This document shows, piece by piece, positions 57,446-64,000 of a stretch of 64,000 nucleotides of DNA. Within the stretch, counting starts at the first letter, position 1. Each line of letters starts with the position of its first letter. This DNA comes from the human T2T-CHM13v2.0 reference genome, Homo sapiens: NCBI RefSeq assembly GCF_009914755.1, contig NC_060931.1; one strand, 5' to 3'. Made by a program: the position numbers and the translations under genes. A model generated the notes under the pieces. It worked only from the letters and a program-made list of their open reading frames with translations. It was not told where the DNA came from and made no database searches.

Positions 57446-57670
57446 TTGGAGCTGCTTTCCGAGCACCTGGACCCCAAGCTCCTGTGCCGCCTGACGCAGC
57501 TGCAGGAGCTTGACCTGTCTAACAACCACCTGGAGACGCTGCCGGACAACCTGGGCCTGTCCCACCTGCGTGTCCTCCGCTGCGCCAACAACCAGCTGGG
57601 GGATGTTACTGCCTTGTGCCAGTTCCCCAAGCTCGAGGAACTCAGCCTGGAGGGCAACCCCTTCCTGACG
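57436..57670 (+). CDS. LRWD1: LRWD1 exon 2 (leucine-rich repeats)
   Basis: TCCAG|C...ACG|GTAAGT; LQELDLSNNHL, LRVLRCANNQL and LEELSLEGNPF LRR motifs. Confidence 0.97.
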
Positions 57671-57772
57671 GTAAGTGGGAGCCTCCCACCAGCTTCATAC
57701 CTGGGGCCAGGACTCTGTTGGGCTCAGGCTCAGCATCTCCTGAGCCACTGCTCTTCACCCTCTCTTCCCCAG

Positions 57773-57889
57773 GTCAATGACAACCTGAAAGTCTCCTTTC
57801 TCCTGCCCACGCTCCGTAAGGTCAATGGCAAGGATGCGTCCTCAACTTACTCTCAGGTGGAGAACCTGAATCGGGAGCTGACCAGCAGG
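57773..57889 (+). CDS. LRWD1: LRWD1 exon 3
   Basis: CCCCAG|GTC...AGG|GTAAGG; VNDNLKVSFLLPTLRKVNGK...ELTSR. Confidence 0.96.
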
Positions 57890-58016
57890 GTAAGGGGATG
57901 AGAGGATTATTGTGTGCTTAGGAGCTGTGGGGGCATTGGGAGAATGATAGAATTGGACATCAGGAGGATGTTGAGGAGGGTGACTGATAGAGGCTCTTTG
58001 CCCCAACAGCCCCTAG

Positions 58017-58661
<645 letters not shown>

Positions 58662-58670
<9 letters not shown>

Positions 58671-58681
58671 GGGTTGTTGCT

Positions 58682-58718
<37 letters not shown>

Positions 58719-58787
58719 GCACCTGGGTTGTTGCTGGGGTGTGTGTGTGTAGGCACCTGGGTTGTTGCTGGGGTGTGTGGGGTGTGT

Positions 58788-58819
<32 letters not shown>
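58662..58819 (+). repeat. Compound repeat: three copies of TAGGCACCTGGGTTGTTGCTGG, each followed by (TG)n
   Basis: Copies start at 58662, 58716 and 58750. Confidence 0.95.
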
Positions 58820-58847
58820 TTTATGAGGCTGTGATTCCAGGAGGCTT

Positions 58848-58860
58848 CCAGCAGGTGGCG
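58848..58860 (+). promoter_or_regulatory. CTCF-like core motif
   Basis: CCAGCAGGTGGCG matches CCASYAGRKGGCR; motif match only. Confidence 0.35.
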
Positions 58861-58942
58861 GGATTGAGATTCCCTGAGATGGAGGGCTGGGTCCGGAGGA
58901 GCTGGGGTGGGCCGGGCCTGGATCTGGTCCCTCTTGCACCAG

Positions 58943-59083
58943 GTCACAGCTCACTGGGAGAAGTTCATGGCCACACTGGGTCCTGAAGAGGAGGCTGAGA
59001 AGGCCCAGGCGGACTTTGTGAAGTCGGCTGTCAGGGATGTCCGCTACGGGCCCGAGTCCCTCAGCGAGTTCACCCAGTGGCGG
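58943..59083 (+). CDS. LRWD1: LRWD1 exon 4
   Basis: ACCAG|GTC...CGG|GTATGT; VTAHWEKFMATLG...SEFTQWR. Confidence 0.96.
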
Positions 59084-59322
59084 GTATGTCCCTGTCCCAA
59101 TGTGCAGGGAGTCACTGGCTCTCGTATCTCTAGCTGCCTGGAGGTCCCTGGCCATGAAGGGCTGAGGGGTTGTGGGAGTGGGGTGAGTCAGGGTGGGCAG
59201 CCCTGTTGGCTGGAGAGGCCCTTCCCCAACTCTGGAAGCATAAGCTCCCCCTGACTATGCATCGGCAGGGCTGGGGGCACCTGGGACTCTGCCCAGCTTC
59301 CTGATGGCCTGGCCCCACCCAG

Positions 59323-59427
59323 GTGCGGATGATCTCTGAGGAGCTGGTGGCCGCCAGTAGGACCCAGGTGCAAAAGGCTAACAGCCCAGAGAAGCCCCCA
59401 GAAGCTGGAGCTGCCCACAGGCCCAGG
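59323..59427 (+). CDS. LRWD1: LRWD1 exon 5
   Basis: CCCAG|GTG...AGG|GTGAGT; VRMISEELV...NSPEKPPEAGAAHRPR. Confidence 0.95.
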
Positions 59428-59665
59428 GTGAGTGCAGCTCCCAGGGCTCTGAGGCCAGCCCAGTCCCTCCTCCCTGGAGAAGCTTCAGGAGACCAAGGCG
59501 TCCTGGGCATGTGCCCAGGAAGCACCCCAGGTCCTGGCTCACTCCCTAGGTGACCCCGGGCCAGCCTGGGCCTCCTGCATCCGCAGTGAGGTGGGGTCCA
59601 GCTTGTGATGGGGAGGAAGGAAGCCCCAGGCAGACAGGCCCATGGTCACAAGGCCCCCTCCACAG

Positions 59666-59791
59666 GCCAGACTGGCGGCCTTGAAACGGCCAGACGACGT
59701 CCCACTCAGCCTCTCTCCCAGCAAGCGGGCGTGTGCCTCCCCGTCGGCCCAGGTGGAGGGCAGCCCTGTGGCAGGCTCCGATGGCAGCCAG
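59666..59791 (+). CDS. LRWD1: LRWD1 exon 6 (SP-rich linker)
   Basis: CCACAG|GCC...CAG|GTGAGC; ARLAALKRPDDVPLSLSPSKRACASPSAQVEGSPVAGSDGSQ. Confidence 0.95.
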
Positions 59792-59866
59792 GTGAGCTGA
59801 GGTGGCAAGGAGCAGGTGGCAGATGAGTCGGGGCTGGGCAGCCGTGACCCTTCTCTCCCCCCACAG

Positions 59867-59981
59867 CCTGCTGTGAAGCTGGAGCCCCTGCACTTCCTGC
59901 AGTGCCACAGCAAGAACAACAGCCCCCAGGACCTCGAGACCCAGCTGTGGGCCTGTGCCTTCGAGCCGGCCTGGGAGGAGG
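59867..59981 (+). CDS. LRWD1: LRWD1 exon 7
   Basis: CCACAG|CCT...GAGG|GTACAT; PAVKLEPLHFLQCHSK...ACAFEPAWEE. Confidence 0.95.
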
Positions 59982-60157
59982 GTACATGGTGGCGGGCAGG
60001 CGGGGCAAGGGCCGCTGGAAATAGGGCCGCCTGGATGGGTGGGGGATCAGGAGACAGAGCTTAAAAGGCGCCATCAAGGCTGGGAGGAGGAGGCTGCAGG
60101 GAGGACCTAGATGGGAAATGTCTCTGCTCATCCGACCTCTCAAAACCGGGCACTCAG

Positions 60158-60258
60158 GGGCCACATCCCAGACCGTGGCCACGTGCGGCGGGGAGGCTGT
60201 GTGCGTAATTGATTGCCAGACGGGCATCGTGCTCCACAAGTACAAGGCACCCGGCGAG
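60158..60258 (+). CDS. LRWD1: LRWD1 exon 8
   Basis: CTCAG|GG...GAG|GTGAGT; ATSQTVATCGGEAVCVIDCQTG...KAPGE. Confidence 0.95.
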
Positions 60259-60458
60259 GTGAGTGCAAGGCCCTGTCCCTGCTGGGCAAGGGTGCCCGAC
60301 TGACTCCTGAACAGCAGCATGGGGATGGATGCAGGCTCGGCCCCCTGCCCCATGGCCTTTTTCTTTCATGCTGGGGCTCCCTCCCCCAGGCCCGGGCTAC
60401 CCGCGTGTTCACACCAATAGCTCTGCCCCAGTGACTGTTTACTCTAACCCCCGCCCAG

Positions 60459-60666
60459 GAGTTCTTTTCTGTGGCCTGGACCGCTCTGATGGTGGTCACA
60501 CAGGCTGGCCACAAGAAGCGCTGGAGTGTGCTGGCGGCTGCAGGCCTACGGGGCCTGGTCCGGCTGCTGCACGTGCGTGCCGGCTTCTGCTGCGGGGTCA
60601 TCCGAGCCCACAAGAAGGCCATCGCCACCCTGTGCTTCAGCCCCGCCCACGAGACCCATCTCTTCA
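60459..60666 (+). CDS. LRWD1: LRWD1 exon 9 (WD40)
   Basis: Branch-like CTAAC, CCCAG|GAG...TTCA|GTAAGC; EFFSVAWT...RAHKKAIATLCFSP. Confidence 0.96.
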
Positions 60667-61177
60667 GTAAGCCCCTCCCCTTCACCCCTGGGACCCCCAA
60701 GCACCCCTGTCCTGCTGCCCCAGTAGCCTCCACGCTCCCCTCCCTGGGATGGCTGTGAGCTCGGGCGCCTGCCGGGCCCCAGTCTGCACCGCTCCGACTC
60801 TAGCTTTGGCAGGAAGCCATGTCGCTTCAACCCTGGCTTTATCCACAGCCTGCTCTGTGGCCTCGGAGTTTTCCAACAGCCTGGGCCACTCTGTCCCCTG
60901 TCAGTGACCTGGGGGGATGCCCCTGCCCCCGGGTGTGGCGCCCCTGTCAAGGGGGATGGATGAGCCACAGGAAGTGGCCGCTGGAGCCACCGCATCAGGT
61001 TAGATGGAGGAAACAGGGATTGGGGGCCCAGGAGTGTTCCTGTCTCCTAGCCTCGGCCCGCCCTCCCCGCCTCGGAGGGGCTGGCCTTGGGACCGTGGGC
61101 TCAGCCTGGGATGCAGCCAGCAGGAGGGAGCAGGGTCATCTCAGGGCCACTTCTCCCCTACCCCACCCCCTCTTCAG

Positions 61178-61250
61178 CGGCCTCCTATGACAAGCGGATC
61201 ATCCTCTGGGACATCGGGGTGCCCAACCAGGACTACGAATTCCAGGCCAG
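61178..61250 (+). CDS. LRWD1: LRWD1 exon 10 (WD40)
   Basis: TTCAG|CG...CAG|GTGATG; TASYDKRIILWDIG WD signature. Confidence 0.95.
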
Positions 61251-61345
61251 GTGATGCTTCGGGTGAGGCTGGGGAGTGGCCAGCTGCTGGGGCAGGGACA
61301 CCTCGGTCTGGGTCTGATGCTCTGTTCCCCCTTGCCCACTGGCAG

Positions 61346-61486
61346 CCAGCTGCTCACACTGGACACCACCTCTATCCCCCTGCGCCTCTGCCCTGTCGCC
61401 TCCTGCCCGGACGCCCGCCTGCTGGCCGGCTGCGAGGGCGGCTGCTGCTGCTGGGACGTGCGGCTGGACCAGCCCCAAAAGAGGAG
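61346..61486 (+). CDS. LRWD1: LRWD1 exon 11
   Basis: GGCAG|C...GAG|GTGAGG; QLLTLDTTSIPLRL...GGCCCWDVRLDQPQKR. Confidence 0.95.
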
Positions 61487-62118
61487 GTGAGGCTGGGCAG
61501 GGGGCGCCTTGGAAGCCAGGCCTCTGCAGAGGGTGGCTGTTGGCCCAGATGGGCTCACAGCAGCCTGGGCACACCCGGGTAACCATAAGGGTTGTTTTTA
61601 GAGGCCTCTTCGCAGAGCTGGCTTGTCCCACCTTTCTGCCAGGCTCTGGAGGAAAGGACTCTGACCCTGCTCTCACCCTGGGTTCAGCTGTGGGACTGGG
61701 CCATGATGACCTCCCCTTCACCTGGGGCTTCAGCACCATGCTGTGCCCACGTGATCCAGCCCACTCCTGCCACTCATCAGCAGTGTGATGGTCCTCTGTG
61801 CTGGCATAATGTCCTCATCTGTAAAGAGGGGCCGATGGCTAGTGGAGGGCAGGTGAGGTGGTGTCTGGGCAGGCAGGCTTTGGAAGTGCCACGTTGAGGC
61901 TTTCTGGCTCATCTGTCCCACCTGGAAGGCCTCTGAGACAGGGCTTGGCAAGGGGTCCCTGTCCTCTTGGGGCCCCCAGCCTACTGGGGAAGACAGATGC
62001 TCAGCAAAGGTGGCCAATCAAAATCCCACAGTGTGATGCCAGCTACGAAGGAGACGGAAAAAGAGTAACGGGCAGAGGGACACTAGCGTGGGGGCCTCAG
62101 GGGACTCTGCTGAGGTGA

Positions 62119-62965
<847 letters not shown>

Positions 62966-63068
62966 CAAGATTTGGATTTTTAGCTTACCTACAACAAACA
63001 GCCCAGGAGGAGCTTCGACACAGCAGCTGCTGTGTTGAAAGGAGCAGCAGGGGCCTTGGCGGCAGAGG

Positions 63069-63131
63069 TGGTGGCGGCGGTAGTTATGGGCTTCTCTTTC
63101 TCACCAGCAGCCCCTGGGCCGCCGCCTCCCT
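63069..63131 (+). ncRNA. MIR4467: pre-miR-4467 hairpin (mature sequence about 63072-63093)
   Basis: TGGCGGCGGTAGTTATGGGCTT recalled as miR-4467; GGCGGCGG/CCGCCGCC and GGGCT/AGCCC pair. Confidence 0.8.
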
Positions 63132-63340
63132 CCCTGCCCGTATGTCTGGTCCCTGTGTCTAAGATGCTTCTTCTCTTACCCTCTGCCCAACTGGCTCAGG
63201 CCTGGCCCATGGTTAGCTGCTGGGCCACTCTCCTGGCTCCAGGCTAGCCTCCAAGAGTCAGGTAGCTGCCGGGACACTTCTCCAAGCAGACACTCCCACA
63301 CACTCTCAGCTCTGAACCATGCAGCAGCCATTCCCTCATT

Positions 63341-63462
63341 CCCCCATTCCCCCGTCTTTTGAGTCAGAGCAGATGCCCCCAACAGCCCCCTGGGCCATGG
63401 CCCCCCATTCCCCCGTCTTTTGAGTCAGAGCAGATGCCCCCAACAGCCCCCTGGGCCATGGC
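63341..63462 (+). repeat. Perfect 2 x 61-bp tandem duplication
   Basis: 63341-63401 is identical to 63402-63462. Confidence 0.97.
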
Positions 63463-63817
63463 CTGGAAACACCTGCTCTACTTGGCTGCCAGGAGGCCCC
63501 TGTTCATCTCACACTCGGTCCCAGAGGCACTGGCTCGCTTCAGAGCCTTTTCCAACCCCCTGGCCTAGCCCCGTCCTGGAAGAGCCACCCCTCGTGCCTC
63601 TGGGTCACTACTGTGACTCGGGACACTCAGGTGCTGGCTCCCCCTTCCAGGGCAAACTGAACCTTCCTGGGGCCAAGAATGTATCTCTTTGGTGGCATCT
63701 TCTGTGCAGCCTTCACACAGGGCAGGGTCCCCAGCAGGTGCGCTGCAGATGCCTGGGTGAGTGGGCAGCTCTCTATCTGCAAGGAATGGCCAACTAGCAT
63801 CTCGTGCTGCCCCACAG

Positions 63818-63909
63818 GGTGTGTGAAGTGGAATTCGTCTTCTCTGAGGGCTCCGAGGCATCTGGACGGAGAGTGGATGGGCTGGCATTTGTGAATGAGG
63901 ACATCGTGG
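63818..63909 (+). CDS. LRWD1: LRWD1 exon 12 (gene continues past the window)
   Basis: CCACAG|G...GTGG|GTGAGT; VCEVEFVFSEGSEASGRRVDGLAFVNEDIV; cumulative 1534 nt, phases consistent through all 12 exons. Confidence 0.95.
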
Positions 63910-64000
63910 GTGAGTGAGCTCAGCTTGTGGGACAGCCTGGCCTCCGGGCACACAGATGGACCGCTTGTCCCTGGGCTAGGCTTCTGAGGATCTCTAGTGG

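Overview
Human (or very closely related great-ape) genomic DNA, recognisable as the Alu-dense 7q22.1 gene cluster PRKRIP1 - ORAI2 - ALKBH4 - LRWD1. Bases 1-16649 are the repeat-filled last intron of PRKRIP1, followed by its terminal exon and poly(A) signal (+). ORAI2 (+) is complete: CpG-island promoter, two non-coding exons, two coding exons giving 254 aa, and a 3'UTR of up to about 9.8 kb full of inverted Alus. ALKBH4 (-) is complete (3 exons, 302 aa). It shares a roughly 245-bp bidirectional promoter with LRWD1/ORCA (+), of which exons 1-12 (511 codons) are in the window, along with the hairpins MIR5090 and MIR4467. All coding exon boundaries were read as GT-AG with consistent phase. Almost all other ORFs in the track are Alu, CpG-island or antisense artefacts. 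I found no new protein-coding system. The best candidates for undescribed biology are regulatory or structural: (1) a non-Alu inverted duplication with about 165-bp arms in ALKBH4 intron 1, L2-derived and unusually well matched; (2) a 109-nt optional ORAI2 leader exon with six AUGs and a TAA-ATG-A stop/start/stop knot in frame with the channel; (3) convergent, overlapping ORAI2/ALKBH4 3' ends whose processing signals come from Alu tails; (4) a perfect 61-bp tandem duplication of an AP-1 site in LRWD1; (5) a UG-repeat-guarded candidate cryptic Alu exon in LRWD1. Gene, miRNA and repeat names come from recognition, not from database searches, and repeat boundaries are approximate.
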